From IMG/VR virus record IMGVR_UViG_3300034175_000063, positions 1 to 64,000 of that record: a DNA stretch of 64,000 bases; one strand, given 5' to 3'. Within the stretch, counting starts at the first letter, position 1. Each line of letters begins with the position of its first letter. This document shows positions 27,801 through 37,267 of the stretch, piece after piece. This DNA comes from a virus. The notes below the pieces were generated by a model, which did no database searches, had not been told where the DNA came from, and saw only the letters and a program-made list of their open reading frames with translations. The position numbers and the translations under genes were made by a program.

Positions 27801-29508
27801 AGTTGGTGCCGGTGATGTCCGACAGCATGGCCACCGTGCCATCCTTGTCCGGAAAGGTCCAGGTGCGTGCCACCGTGGCCACACTGGTCAGGTAGGACAC
27901 TACCGTGCCGGCCGCATTCTTCAAGGCGATCTTGAAGTTCGACAGTCCTGGGTAGCCGTTGGCCGTATCCTTCTCGGACAGCAGCTGACGCAGGTTGTCG
28001 GCCGTGGCCTGAGCTGTGCTCACTGGCTTGTTGATGTCCGACGTGTTGTCGACATTACCCAGGCCCACATCGGCCTTGGCGCCGGAGGTGGCCACCGATG
28101 CGAGCACCGGTTTATTCTTGATAAAGTCCTTGGCGCCTGCGTCAACCTGAGTCCAATCCGATGGGATCTGACCGGCCAGTGCTTGAGCAGCGGATACCGC
28201 AGCATCAGCAGCCGATTGGGATGCTTCAGCAGCTTTGGTCGTCGCAGTCCCTGCCGAACTGGCAGCAGCAGCTTCCGACAGGTCAGCCGCATCCGCCGAG
28301 GCCAGTGCTTCAGCGGCCTTGGTCGTGGCGGTCGTGGCATGGCCGGCAGCCGTGTTCCGGTAGGCCAGGGCATTTGCTTCTGACGTCGCCGATGCATTCT
28401 GGCTGGCCAGTGCGGCGCCGGCCGATGCAGCAGCGTTCGAGGCCGACAGGATCGCGCTGTTCAGCTGAGCCTGCGACTCTTCATCGTACGGGTGCCACGC
28501 CAGGTCGGATTCCCACTGGTAGATCTTGCCTTCAACGGTGTTCTCGTAGATGGCACCGACCTTCAGCACACCACCGTTGCCGTCCACCGTCGGCGCCACG
28601 GCGAATTTACCGAGGTAGATCTCGTTGAAGGCGAACAGCTGCGAGCTGAGCTGAGCAGCTTTGTCGATGGCCACATCACGAGCGGTGAGGGTCACATCCC
28701 GCGCAGCGACAGTAATGTCCTTGGCGGCGACCGCCGTATTCTTGGCCGAGACAGCCGTAGCTTCGCTGGCAGCAGCTGCATCACGAGCTGCAACGGCAAC
28801 TGCTTCGCTGGCATCCGCATCCAAGGCCGACTGCACCGCAGCCGATGCTTGGGTAATGGCCACGCCAGCCTGGGCCAACGCTTCCGCGGCCGAGATAGCA
28901 GCTGCATTCTTGGAAGCCAAGGAAGCTGCAGCACGATCTTCGGCCAGTAGGGCCGAATCCGATGCCTCATTAGCTTGGGTCAACGCGATATCACGAGCAT
29001 TCACCGCCGTAGCAGCCGCTGCTTGGGCCAGGTTCTGTGCCGTGACAGCCGCGTCGATCACGCCATCAGCGAAGTCGGCCGACAGATCAGCGGCCAGTGC
29101 CGCGGCAACAGCTGTGTCCCGTGCAGCAAGTGTGGCCGCCTTGGCGGTCAGAATCTGCAGCAGGGCCGCTTCGTCATAGGCCACGTCGCCCAATACCGCA
29201 TCATCGTCGACGATCAGGTCTTGCAGACGCACCACCTCATCCGGGTTGTTCAACACCGGGACGTAGAAATGGTAATGCAGGGCCGCTTCGGTAATCGTGT
29301 CGTAGACCGTGACGTGGTAACGAGTGTTGCAGGGCATCAACTCCTGCAGGATTTTGCCGTCCATGCCGGTGATCGCCGTGATCAGGCGTGGCATGATCAC
29401 CCCTGATACTTCTTCCTCGTAGTCGGAGCGCGTAAGACGGATCTCAACACGGGCGAACCCGATAGGAGCCCCTTCAGAGGTCAAGAAGTGGAAAAGAACT
29501 GGGGTCAT
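24835..29508 (-). CDS. Long tail fibre with C-terminal intramolecular chaperone (peptidase S74-like)
   Basis: Ala-rich coiled coil, NTGDET repeats, Gly-rich beta region, TAYSDERLK...GLSAQ.VQAILP.AV...LNY. Confidence 0.9.
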   Translation of the reverse strand: MTPVLFHFLTSEGAPIGFARVEIRLTRSDYEEEVSGVIMPRLITAITGMDGKILQELMPCNTRYHVTVYDTITEAALHYHFYVPVLNNPDEVVRLQDLIVDDDAVLGDVAYDEAALLQILTAKAATLAARDTAVAAALAADLSADFADGVIDAAVTAQNLAQAAAATAVNARDIALTQANEASDSALLAEDRAAASLASKNAAAISAAEALAQAGVAITQASAAVQSALDADASEAVAVAARDAAAASEATAVSAKNTAVAAKDITVAARDVTLTARDVAIDKAAQLSSQLFAFNEIYLGKFAVAPTVDGNGGVLKVGAIYENTVEGKIYQWESDLAWHPYDEESQAQLNSAILSASNAAASAGAALASQNASATSEANALAYRNTAAGHATTATTKAAEALASADAADLSEAAAASSAGTATTKAAEASQSAADAAVSAAQALAGQIPSDWTQVDAGAKDFIKNKPVLASVATSGAKADVGLGNVDNTSDINKPVSTAQATADNLRQLLSEKDTANGYPGLSNFKIALKNAAGTVVSYLTSVATVARTWTFPDKDGTVAMLSDITGTNSGVNTGDETAAGIRTKLGATALTGSNTGDETNATILSKLAIPSISGTNTGDETGAGIRTKLGIVTLSGSNTGDQTLASLGIPNVENTTDLAKPVSTATQNALNLKANITYVDAKVAALVDASPAALDTLKELATALGNDANFATTMTNSLAAKLPLAGGNMTGSLNTRTGTSVAAITSLNGTNAPIGFTNTTVPFGSASYTEMMHGATILNGQGYIQHISIGAYRPGNAAWGGAVYMAIGGADANATEGFFFNYGGVISHSSGTVSISGNATYATSAGTMPFSGLTAKPTAMSAHGITDFFNGSATAALTGGGNGMTVNSIAYVTGMNILGQTDGALYGQAYNSGDYQHQIYGDYRTGQIAVRGRNAAVWTAWRTVIDSGNIAAQNVDGAAKVSINTDETYAGVEYLTMNRGGGGYVVQYNTAKLHFTPSTGKLYSATGMSTGPNVTWGANIFFGNVPTYGPSTASVATTNGNVHIDPATGTYAVYLGFYSGTGGTKFGDGASNIVASVTGAGVFTGSGAGLTGNAAALSIGGTAGNLICADGDRDAATKLPTIGKHVRYDFVLSGSTGTGGSYAGVMTFAPWDGTAASTGSCSYQMAYGSTGQNGGMPHLRVRNGIDSTWNTWYDMWHAGNLPMSVAASPSTVVMRDANGYIQGGTYMLMSDEGINGGAGTVTSIMCKRGDNYYRSTQAASVRGFLAYSGNLVYTDPSNMAGDIGVAAMMRWKNYGNSHVIFDASNSTSPSGSAVNSINAQNPWSQSYPTLMGWNGSGTYGVRVDSARVADTLAAFPHTINRIGTTGLNRGSYGSISVTGVTNTYAGIDFTSVNATFMSDGGTMGVYVNDNAWAWTCSHSGNFTAYGNVTAYSDERLKTNWRDVQEGFVALWAGVKHGTYDRLDSKITQVGLSAQGVQAILPHAVSEGTPNIDGETFLTLNYGGAAAVATVQLAIRSEEHSEEIRYLKLRLQEQDRVIDNCVKLVLELRKQINEATK
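27574..27815 (-). repeat. Protein-level ~22-aa repeats in the tail fibre
   Basis: Four G-x-NTGD[E/Q]T units; AGIRTKLG occurs twice. Confidence 0.7.
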
Positions 29509-29568
29509 TCAGGCTCCGTTGAGTAAATTACATGTTGCTATGGGGCATATTGTCCCACAACAACACGA

Positions 29569-30234
29569 TCAATAGTTGGTCACGTCGATAATGATGTGGC
29601 GATTTGGTGAGTAGACCGGCACTGACTGGTCGAAAGCGGACTGATTGGGGTCCATTGCCTGTTCCCAGTGCGACATGAGGATGTTGTTGATGGTGATGCC
29701 CCCAGCAATCTCTCTGATCATCCCCATTGTGATCTTCACGATGTTGTTATTCCCATAATCATGGCCTTCGCTCTCAACCTTGAGCCACTGGTTCATGACG
29801 ACGGCTGCGTATTTACGGTTCACGTTGTAGGTGAAGTTACCTTCACCCACCGGGAAACCAACCATGGCCAGAGGCTTCTGGGCTGCGTCGAAGACCAGGG
29901 TTCCAGCCGCATTGAACACCTGGAAACCAAAATTGGAAGCCACAGGAAGCACTTGACCGAAAATATAGACAGTCACTGTCCGGTTCAACGCAGTTACAGC
30001 AAGCCTGGCTGTACCATTCATACGCCGGATGATCGCGCAATCGGTGTTACTGACGATAGCCGCAATCTCACCACTGCTGATGTCAAAGTCACCGACCCAG
30101 TACGGGACATTGCTGCTCTCTTGCACCTTAATAGGACAGGCCACCGTTAATTTGCGCTTGAACGCAAATTGCGGATACACACCGTCGATCTGGTAACCAC
30201 CAGCCGTGTTGAAGCATTGAAAACCGACAGTCAT
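29569..30234 (-). CDS. Tail-associated hypothetical protein
   Basis: GFQCFN and GFQVFNAAGTLVFD repeats; tail operon. Confidence 0.65.
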   Translation of the reverse strand: MTVGFQCFNTAGGYQIDGVYPQFAFKRKLTVACPIKVQESSNVPYWVGDFDISSGEIAAIVSNTDCAIIRRMNGTARLAVTALNRTVTVYIFGQVLPVASNFGFQVFNAAGTLVFDAAQKPLAMVGFPVGEGNFTYNVNRKYAAVVMNQWLKVESEGHDYGNNNIVKITMGMIREIAGGITINNILMSHWEQAMDPNQSAFDQSVPVYSPNRHIIIDVTNY

Positions 30235-30542
30235 CGGACCCCCAAGACGAGTAAACACCCCGGCATACCGATGCCTGGGGAATATGGGTGTCGCACCCAA
30301 GAAACAATGTTCCCGTTGAACGTGCACACCGGATAGGTGTTGTTGTTGATCGTGGCGCCGTAGTAGCTAGGATCCTGCTGAAGCTGGGGAATAGCGAACG
30401 GGACACCCTGATCCAGGCCCACTACCGTGGCTGAGCCGTTCAAAGCACTGGCGTCGATCACACCGATCAGCCGGCCGATCACCGAGGTCGTGTCGAAGAT
30501 CGACACACCCTGGGCATCGAAGATTTCAAGACCCATCCCCAT
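30231..30542 (-). CDS. Tail-associated hypothetical protein
   Basis: MGLEIFDAQGVSIFD; coupled to both neighbours. Confidence 0.65.
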   Translation of the reverse strand: MGMGLEIFDAQGVSIFDTTSVIGRLIGVIDASALNGSATVVGLDQGVPFAIPQLQQDPSYYGATINNNTYPVCTFNGNIVSWVRHPYSPGIGMPGCLLVLGVR

Positions 30543-32197
30543 TACCAGACCCCCATACGGACGCGCAGCACATTGTTACTGTCAAATACCTGCGTCAACC
30601 CGCCAGTCATAAGCGTGCGCGGCACGCCGGCGTAGCCTGGACTGATGTTGATCTGCTTGGCGATGATATTGTCGGCGTCCAGATATGCGACCTTGACCTT
30701 ACCGTTCTCCACGATGAACGAACCCGACTCGTCCCGCAGCTTGCTGAAGGTGAGCTTGTTGATCACTGCTTCGTCGATGAATGTCTCTTGACCCGAGATG
30801 ATGAACGGCTTACGCATGTTGGCGCCGGTTCGACCCACCCAGAACGAGTCCACATCGAAGCCAGCCTGAACAGTTGTGCCGTCGTTGTACGCGCCAAAGC
30901 CGCCAATCAAGCCGTTCACATTGAACTTGACCGTGTACAAAGCACCAATGGCCGTGGTCTTACCGTTCACCGTGTCGATGTTGGTCTGCAGATTCGTCTG
31001 CACTGCAGCGATCTGGCCATTCAACGTAGACTGGGCCGTGGTGATCTGGCCAGATAGCACGTTGTCAGCCGCTGCTCGAGCGTTCGTCTCGGTCTGTACC
31101 GCAGCCGAGATTGCGGATGCCCGAGCTGTAGCTTCACCATTCACTGCCGAAGTAATGGCCGGTCCTACCGTAGCAAACTGCGTGTTGCGCGAAGACGTCT
31201 CAGCACTAACCGCATTGACCCGTGCAGTCGCTTCGGACTCGATCGCTGCCGTGTTCTGGCCAGCCTTGGTAAACAGGGTCGTGATGTCCGAGGCCAGCGC
31301 GCCGTCGGCGTTCGACCGAGCGGTTGCCTCCGACTGGATCGCTGCAGTGATCGCCGTGGTCGTGGCCCCATTGACCACAGCCGTCTTGGCGTAGAGGTCA
31401 GTGATCTGCGTCGCCGTGGCGCCGTCGGCAGTCACACGGGCATCCCGCTCGGTGATGACCGCAGCGTCGGCCTGGTTCACCCGAGTGAACAGCGTGACCA
31501 CATCCGTGGCGATGGCTGTGTCCGCAGCGACCCGCAGGTTTCGTTCTTCGGTTACAGCTGCCACCACACCTGGGCCGACGCCGGCAGCCAGGACGTTGAT
31601 CTGATTAACCAGGGCCGAGTCGCCCTCCGTGCGAGCAGTGGTTTCGTTTTGCACGATGACCATGGCACCTTCGAGCTGGGTGCCCAGCTGAGCGATGACA
31701 CCTTGCAGCAGCTCGTTATCTTCCAGACGGTTCTCGATCTCACCAGTGATCCGGTCGTCGATCGGCTGGATGCGCAGGATCTCCGTCTTCAACGCCATGG
31801 CCAACACACCCATGTCGATCTTGCCTGTCAATTCCTCGATCAGATCCTGAATCAGCGGCCGGGCCAAGGCAGTTGCCGGCCCGATCACCTCACCGTGGGT
31901 GCCGTTGACCGACACGAACTCGATCCAGTAGTAATACCGCAGGCCGACATTCACCTTGTCGTAGAAAAACCCACCGGAAACTTCGGCGTATTTCAGCGAT
32001 TGGTTGAACTCTGGCAAAATACTACGATACAAAATCGTGTACGCCAGTGCGTGTGGGTTGGTCGTTGGATAAGTCCAGTTGACGTCAATCCCGCCGAATG
32101 CTGGCGTGGCTGTTAGCAAACTGACATTATCTGGATCCCCTGGCAACGGGCCGGACCACCCACCTGTACCGCAGACGCCTTCACTTGTGCAAGACAT
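30542..32197 (-). CDS. Tail protein with a lambda-J-like C-terminal (DUF1983-like) domain
   Basis: FnIII-like N-terminus, E.TAR..AD coiled-coil repeats, YTVK...IGGFG...PFII...TFIDEAVI, LRVRMGVW end. Confidence 0.75.
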   Translation of the reverse strand: MSCTSEGVCGTGGWSGPLPGDPDNVSLLTATPAFGGIDVNWTYPTTNPHALAYTILYRSILPEFNQSLKYAEVSGGFFYDKVNVGLRYYYWIEFVSVNGTHGEVIGPATALARPLIQDLIEELTGKIDMGVLAMALKTEILRIQPIDDRITGEIENRLEDNELLQGVIAQLGTQLEGAMVIVQNETTARTEGDSALVNQINVLAAGVGPGVVAAVTEERNLRVAADTAIATDVVTLFTRVNQADAAVITERDARVTADGATATQITDLYAKTAVVNGATTTAITAAIQSEATARSNADGALASDITTLFTKAGQNTAAIESEATARVNAVSAETSSRNTQFATVGPAITSAVNGEATARASAISAAVQTETNARAAADNVLSGQITTAQSTLNGQIAAVQTNLQTNIDTVNGKTTAIGALYTVKFNVNGLIGGFGAYNDGTTVQAGFDVDSFWVGRTGANMRKPFIISGQETFIDEAVINKLTFSKLRDESGSFIVENGKVKVAYLDADNIIAKQINISPGYAGVPRTLMTGGLTQVFDSNNVLRVRMGVW

Positions 32198-32302
32198 TAT
32201 TACTCCATTGCATGTTTATTTTCAGCATTATCGCACTATTCCATACAGGAAACCCACCAACTGAGCAACTTATCGTTGCTTAACAACCATAGAAGGATGC
32301 TC

Positions 32303-33280
32303 ATGATCACAATATCGGGCAAGAACGGCATTACAGCGAAGATCCTGGCCCACAGTATCTCGGCGGCAGGTAAGGAAATGGTCACCTGGGAGATTGAATA
32401 CCCCCGGCTGATCCTTGCCGAGCTCAATACCCACCGTCAGCTGTCGCGTAACAGCTACAGCAGCCGTGCAGTACCATTCATGAAGATGCTGGAGCAGTTG
32501 GACGGCGAGCCAGTACGGTTCGGTGCCAATCAAGCCGGTATGCAGGACAAAGGGGAAGATTTTGATGCACTGGTTGACATCGGGCCGACCATGCATATCG
32601 GTCACCCGTTCACGGTCAATCCCCAGACAGCTTGGTTGCGTGCCAAGGAAATGGCCATCAGCATCGCTAAGGCGTTCTTCGACGCCGGCTACCACAAGCA
32701 GGTCTACAACCGTCTGCTCGAATCGTTTCAGATGCAGAAGACCGTCCTCTCGGCCACCGAGGTAGATAATTTCTTCTGGCTTCGTGACGACGATGCTGCG
32801 GACCCGACGATCCGTGAGCTGGCGCGCGTCATGCGTGAAGCCAAGGATGGAAGCACAGCTGCGCGATTGCAGCCGGGCGACTGGCACCTGCCGTATATCG
32901 AATGCTTCGCCGGCGAGTACGCTTTGAGCGACGAAGACTACACCGATGGCAAGTTCATCTCCCTGGAAGACGCCATCAAGGTGTCATGTGCTCGTTGTGC
33001 AGCGGTCAGCTACCGCAATGAGGGCTACGACCTGGCCAAGAGCCTGGAAGTCTACGACCGACTGGTCGGCAGCGAGCGTAAACACGCCTCTGCTTTCGAG
33101 CATCAGGCCACGCCGATGTTGTACAACGACTGCACTGAGCTCGTCGATATGCATCCGATGACGTGGGAAGCCGGCGTCACCCACATGGATCGTAGTCGCA
33201 AATTGTGGTCCGGAAACCTTCAGGGCTGGATCCAGTATCGTAAATTGATACCAGGAGAGTGCTACGAAGCTGTTCACTAA
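32303..33280 (+). CDS. thyX: Flavin-dependent thymidylate synthase
   Basis: AELNTHRQLSRNSYSSRA, NRLLE, NFFWLR, HASAFEH. Confidence 0.88.
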   Translation: MITISGKNGITAKILAHSISAAGKEMVTWEIEYPRLILAELNTHRQLSRNSYSSRAVPFMKMLEQLDGEPVRFGANQAGMQDKGEDFDALVDIGPTMHIGHPFTVNPQTAWLRAKEMAISIAKAFFDAGYHKQVYNRLLESFQMQKTVLSATEVDNFFWLRDDDAADPTIRELARVMREAKDGSTAARLQPGDWHLPYIECFAGEYALSDEDYTDGKFISLEDAIKVSCARCAAVSYRNEGYDLAKSLEVYDRLVGSERKHASAFEHQATPMLYNDCTELVDMHPMTWEAGVTHMDRSRKLWSGNLQGWIQYRKLIPGECYEAVH

Positions 33281-33398
33281 CACAGTTTTTAAGCAAGGGA
33301 TGTATTTCCGCACGAAAATAAATCTCTTGTGCAACATGAAATCTTGGGTACTATAGGCGTTCTCCGCAGCACCTTTAGTTACCAAGTAGAAGCACCTT

Positions 33399-33441
33399 GA
33401 GCCGGCCATCCATCATTTCCTGGGGTGGTCGGCTCTTTTTT
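33399..33441 (+). terminator. Intrinsic terminator-like hairpin between thyX and nrdJ
   Basis: GAGCCGGCCATCC / GGGTGGTCGGCTC followed by T6. Confidence 0.7.
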
Positions 33442-33469
33442 CGTCACCGCAGGAAAGAGAAAGAAAAAT

Positions 33470-36079
33470 ATGCAATCAACCCGTCAAAATACCTGGCGCC
33501 GGCCAGCAACTGTCTCGGCCCGCGTGTATGACAAGGGTATGGGGGAAGCGGTGGCCAACCGCACGGTGAATCGCAAGATCGACCGCCCAACATCCCGTAC
33601 CCAGGTCATCGAAGTCCCGCGGCGCGACGACATCTCGCTCGATGATGAAGTCGCGGCATACTGTAAATCCCACAACCTGAAGATCGCTCCTGGTGCCGAT
33701 GGCTACCATGTCGACAAGGGCGACCAAGAAACCGTTGTCATTACCCTCAACGTCATCGCCGACGTCGAGATCGAGAAGTGGGCCGACGTGGCTCATCGCG
33801 TTGCTTACGGCAATGCCATGCTCGATCCTCGCACCAACTGGGACCGCCGTGCTCCCGATTCCAGCGTCCTGCTGGCTCCCGTAGGCCCATCGGCCTTCAG
33901 TACCGAATTCGACGCAATGCACCACCACTTGCGTCAGGCATCCCTGCTGATGTCCGGCCGCCACCTGCAACATGGTGACGCCAACCAGATCAACCGCAAC
34001 ATGGAGGTGTTCACGAACTGCAGCACCTCGGCCATGTCGTTCCTGGAGTTTTATCTGCTGCTCAACGGCTCCGGCGTTGGCCGCTGCTATGACGACGCCA
34101 TGATGCAAGTCGACTGGCGCCTGATGCCCACCGTGATCTGCACTATCGACGGCCAGCACAAGGACGTTCAAACCGGCGAGATCACTGCCATGAGTAACCG
34201 GGATGCCCGCCATCTCTACGCTCACAAGACCATCCATGAATTCAAGGTTCCGGACAGTCGTGAAGGCTGGGCACAGGGCGCCGAGGTCGTTGAAACGATG
34301 ACCTTCGCCGGCTGCTTCCGCAACGACGTCCTGATCCTGGACTTCAGTGGTGTTCGCCCACGCAATTCCCCGATCGCCGGCATGCAAGATCGTCCGGCCT
34401 CCGGCCCCGGCCCCCTCATGATTGCTATCTCCAAGGTAGCAGCCCTGCGTGACGCCGGCATGGACCCGTGGCGTGCCACGATGTACGCTGACCACTATTA
34501 CGCTGAGTGCGTGCTGGTGGGTGGTGCTCGTCGTGCGGCCCGCATGGCCACCAAGTTCTGGACCGACAAGTCGATCTTCGGCTTCATTGAACTGAAACGT
34601 GGAGGCTTCCTGTGGAGCTCGAACAATTCGGTCATGGTCGACATGGAATTCTGGGATGCGGTCAAGCACGTTGCTGCCCTGATGAAGGTCAACGGCTACG
34701 AGTTGATCGACAAGGGCGGGTTCCACAAACTGATCGGAAAGGACTGCTTCAATGAAACTCAAGTCCATGCCTGGAAAGTATTTCAGGCGGCCTGCGAGGC
34801 TTCATATCACGACGGCACTGGTGAGCCTGGCTTTATCACAGTGGAGCGTCTCACCTGGAACGGTGAAGGCAGCGAAAACCTGCTCGACGGTGAGTTCGCC
34901 GAATCGAAAAAGTACAAGCTGACACCTGAAGCAAAGCAGCTGGCCCGCGTGCTGGCCCAGGTCTGGTCGCGCATGAAGTACAAGGTCATCACCAATCCAT
35001 GCGGTGAGATCGTACTGAACCTGCTGGGCGCCTACTGCGTCATCGCTGATGTGGTGCCATTCCATGCTGGTACGGCTTACGCCAAGCCAGCAAAGGATGC
35101 AGGCGCCCGTGAGTGGATCGCCTACTGGAACAAGGTGGACGCCGACGCAGAAGATGCGTTCAAGGTGGCTGCGCGTGCCCTCATCCGGACCAACCTGATG
35201 GACAGCATGTACGGCAAGGAAGTAGCACGCACCAATCGCATTGGTGTGGGCATGACCGGCCTCCATGAGTATGCGTGGTCCCGTTTCAGCTTCGGCTGGA
35301 AGGATCTGGTCAACGAAAACGTCTCGAAAGAATTCTGGCTGATGCTGTCACGCTTCAAGCGTGCAGTCCAGCGTGAATCAGCCGAGTACGCCAAGATGAT
35401 CGGCGTTGTGTGCCCGCACACTGACACGACCATGAAGCCGGCCGGCACGACATCCAAGCTGTTCGGCCTGACCGAAGGCGCCCACCTGCCATCCATGGGT
35501 GAGTATCTTCGCTGGGTTCAGTTCCGCAACGATGACCCGCTGATCGAAACCTACAAAGCCATGGGCTACCCGATCCGCAAGCTGCAGTCGTATAACGGCA
35601 CCACCATCGTGGGCTTCCCTACCATCCCAACGATCTCCACGTTGGGTATGGGCGACAAGCTGGTATTCGCCGGCGACGCCACTCCCGAAGAGCAGTACCA
35701 GTACCTTCGTCTGCTCGAGAAGTATTGGATCGTCGGCGTGGAAGAAGACGGCGTGACCCCGCTCCGTGACACGGGCAACCAGGTCAGCTACACCCTGAAG
35801 TACAAGCCACAGGACACCGGGTTCCCCGAGTTCATGCGGACCTTGATGGAAGGACAGTCGACCATCCGCTGCTGCAGCGTCATGCCGCAGTCGGACACGT
35901 CGGCCTACGAGTATCTCCCGGAAGAGCCAGTGACCAAAGCTCGCTTCGAGGCCATTGTTGCGGCCATCAAAGCGGACGAGGAAGCCAGCGACGTCCAGGA
36001 AGAAGTTGGCATGGAACACGTCGACTGCGCGTCCGGAGCATGCCCGATTAACTTCGGTGCCAACGTCAAGGACTCGTAA
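33470..36079 (+). CDS. nrdJ: Class II (adenosylcobalamin-dependent) ribonucleotide reductase
   Basis: FTNCS, GSGVG, VPDSREGW, GGARRAA, TNPCGEI, KPAGTTS, C-terminal CASGACP; no beta-subunit gene nearby. Confidence 0.88.
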   Translation: MQSTRQNTWRRPATVSARVYDKGMGEAVANRTVNRKIDRPTSRTQVIEVPRRDDISLDDEVAAYCKSHNLKIAPGADGYHVDKGDQETVVITLNVIADVEIEKWADVAHRVAYGNAMLDPRTNWDRRAPDSSVLLAPVGPSAFSTEFDAMHHHLRQASLLMSGRHLQHGDANQINRNMEVFTNCSTSAMSFLEFYLLLNGSGVGRCYDDAMMQVDWRLMPTVICTIDGQHKDVQTGEITAMSNRDARHLYAHKTIHEFKVPDSREGWAQGAEVVETMTFAGCFRNDVLILDFSGVRPRNSPIAGMQDRPASGPGPLMIAISKVAALRDAGMDPWRATMYADHYYAECVLVGGARRAARMATKFWTDKSIFGFIELKRGGFLWSSNNSVMVDMEFWDAVKHVAALMKVNGYELIDKGGFHKLIGKDCFNETQVHAWKVFQAACEASYHDGTGEPGFITVERLTWNGEGSENLLDGEFAESKKYKLTPEAKQLARVLAQVWSRMKYKVITNPCGEIVLNLLGAYCVIADVVPFHAGTAYAKPAKDAGAREWIAYWNKVDADAEDAFKVAARALIRTNLMDSMYGKEVARTNRIGVGMTGLHEYAWSRFSFGWKDLVNENVSKEFWLMLSRFKRAVQRESAEYAKMIGVVCPHTDTTMKPAGTTSKLFGLTEGAHLPSMGEYLRWVQFRNDDPLIETYKAMGYPIRKLQSYNGTTIVGFPTIPTISTLGMGDKLVFAGDATPEEQYQYLRLLEKYWIVGVEEDGVTPLRDTGNQVSYTLKYKPQDTGFPEFMRTLMEGQSTIRCCSVMPQSDTSAYEYLPEEPVTKARFEAIVAAIKADEEASDVQEEVGMEHVDCASGACPINFGANVKDS

Positions 36080-36082
36080 ACC

Positions 36083-36622
36083 ATGATCGAAACCTGGCGT
36101 CCCGTGCCCGACTATGAGGGTCTGTATGAGGTGTCCAACCTCGGTCAGATCCGCTCCGTCGGCCGTGATGTCAGCAACAACCGGGGAGGGCTGCGTTACA
36201 TGCCCGACCTGGTGCTGACATCACAGATCAACGCGAAGCGTGGCGGCTATCACAGCGTCACGCTGAGCAAGGACGGGAGCAAGAAAACCGTCTATCTGCA
36301 CCTTATGGTGCTGAGTGTCTTCGTCGGCCCGCGGCCCTCTCCAGAAATGGAGGGATGCCACGGTGACGGCGACCCTGCAAACAACCAGTTGGATAACCTG
36401 CGCTGGGACACACCAGTGAACAACGCAGCCGACCGGAAGCTGCATGGCACCCAGGTCAAGGGTGAAGACAGTAACAAGGCGGTGATCACCGCTGATCAGG
36501 TTCGTGAAATTCGACGGAGAGCAGAAGATGAGTCCTTCACCAGCATTGCAGCCGACCTCGGGATCTCCCGTCAACAAGTCGCCCGCATCGCCCGCGGAGA
36601 ACAGTGGCAGCACGTTGTATAA
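36083..36622 (+). CDS. NUMOD4-HNH homing endonuclease
   Basis: ETWRPVPDYEGLYEVSNLGQIRS (NUMOD4); CHGDGDPANNQLDNLRW (HNH); C-terminal HTH. Confidence 0.9.
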   Translation: MIETWRPVPDYEGLYEVSNLGQIRSVGRDVSNNRGGLRYMPDLVLTSQINAKRGGYHSVTLSKDGSKKTVYLHLMVLSVFVGPRPSPEMEGCHGDGDPANNQLDNLRWDTPVNNAADRKLHGTQVKGEDSNKAVITADQVREIRRRAEDESFTSIAADLGISRQQVARIARGEQWQHVV

Positions 36623-36706
36623 ACTGTGGCCTGATTTGAAAATTCCACCTATCAATCTGTGGAACGCTCCCCGATAATGACAACCTTTTTCCTCACTGGA
36701 TCCTGA

Positions 36707-37183
36707 ATGAATTCCAAAGTCTGCACCTGCAAGAATTGCTTCAACAACGCCATGATCGACCGCGATGTGTGCTTCAATTGCGATCGTGCAGTGACCGGTT
36801 TTACCGGCACGCTGCCCGAGAACAAGACCACCCTGCCTTACCACATCCCTTCGACGATTGCCCGTCCAAGCATCGACAATCCCGAGCGCCACCGTGCATC
36901 CGATCGTTCGCTGGCAGCACGCTATCCCCAGTATTACAAGCCGGTCGGCGACCTCAAGGAAGTCGACGTCTACGCCGTCTGCCAGCTGTTCCCGGTCGAC
37001 GATCCTTCGGGCTGCATCAACCACGCCCGCAAGAAGCTGCTGATCCCCGGTGTCCGCACCGGTGGCAAAAGCATGCGCAAAGATGTTCAGGAAGCGATTG
37101 ATTCTCTCAACCGCTGGATGCAGCTCAACCCTGAGCCGGCCGAGAAGATGAAAGCCATCGACTTGACCCTGCAGCCAAAATAA
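36707..37183 (+). CDS. Hypothetical protein (DUF3310-like C-terminus, Cys-rich N-terminus)
   Basis: VDVY.V...HARKKLL.PG.R..GKS...DVQEA; CxCxxC...CxxC. Confidence 0.6.
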   Translation: MNSKVCTCKNCFNNAMIDRDVCFNCDRAVTGFTGTLPENKTTLPYHIPSTIARPSIDNPERHRASDRSLAARYPQYYKPVGDLKEVDVYAVCQLFPVDDPSGCINHARKKLLIPGVRTGGKSMRKDVQEAIDSLNRWMQLNPEPAEKMKAIDLTLQPK

Positions 37184-37267
37184 AAAAGGAGGCGTCGTCC
37201 CGACGCTCTTCCGACAATAACCGGGCCGGTGGCAACACCGCCCCTCCCAAATTCTACAAGGTGAATC

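Noticed and set aside
24835-32197. Diversity-generating retroelement or invertible tail-fibre cassette
   Set aside because: No reverse transcriptase, invertase or template/variable repeat pair was seen in the window
33312-33350. NrdR boxes upstream of nrdJ
   Set aside because: Only weak resemblance to the consensus; cannot be supported without a PWM scan
12967-36079. Inteins or introns in the DNA polymerase or nrdJ
   Set aside because: Both ORFs are continuous, of expected size, and lack recognisable intein or LAGLIDADG motifs
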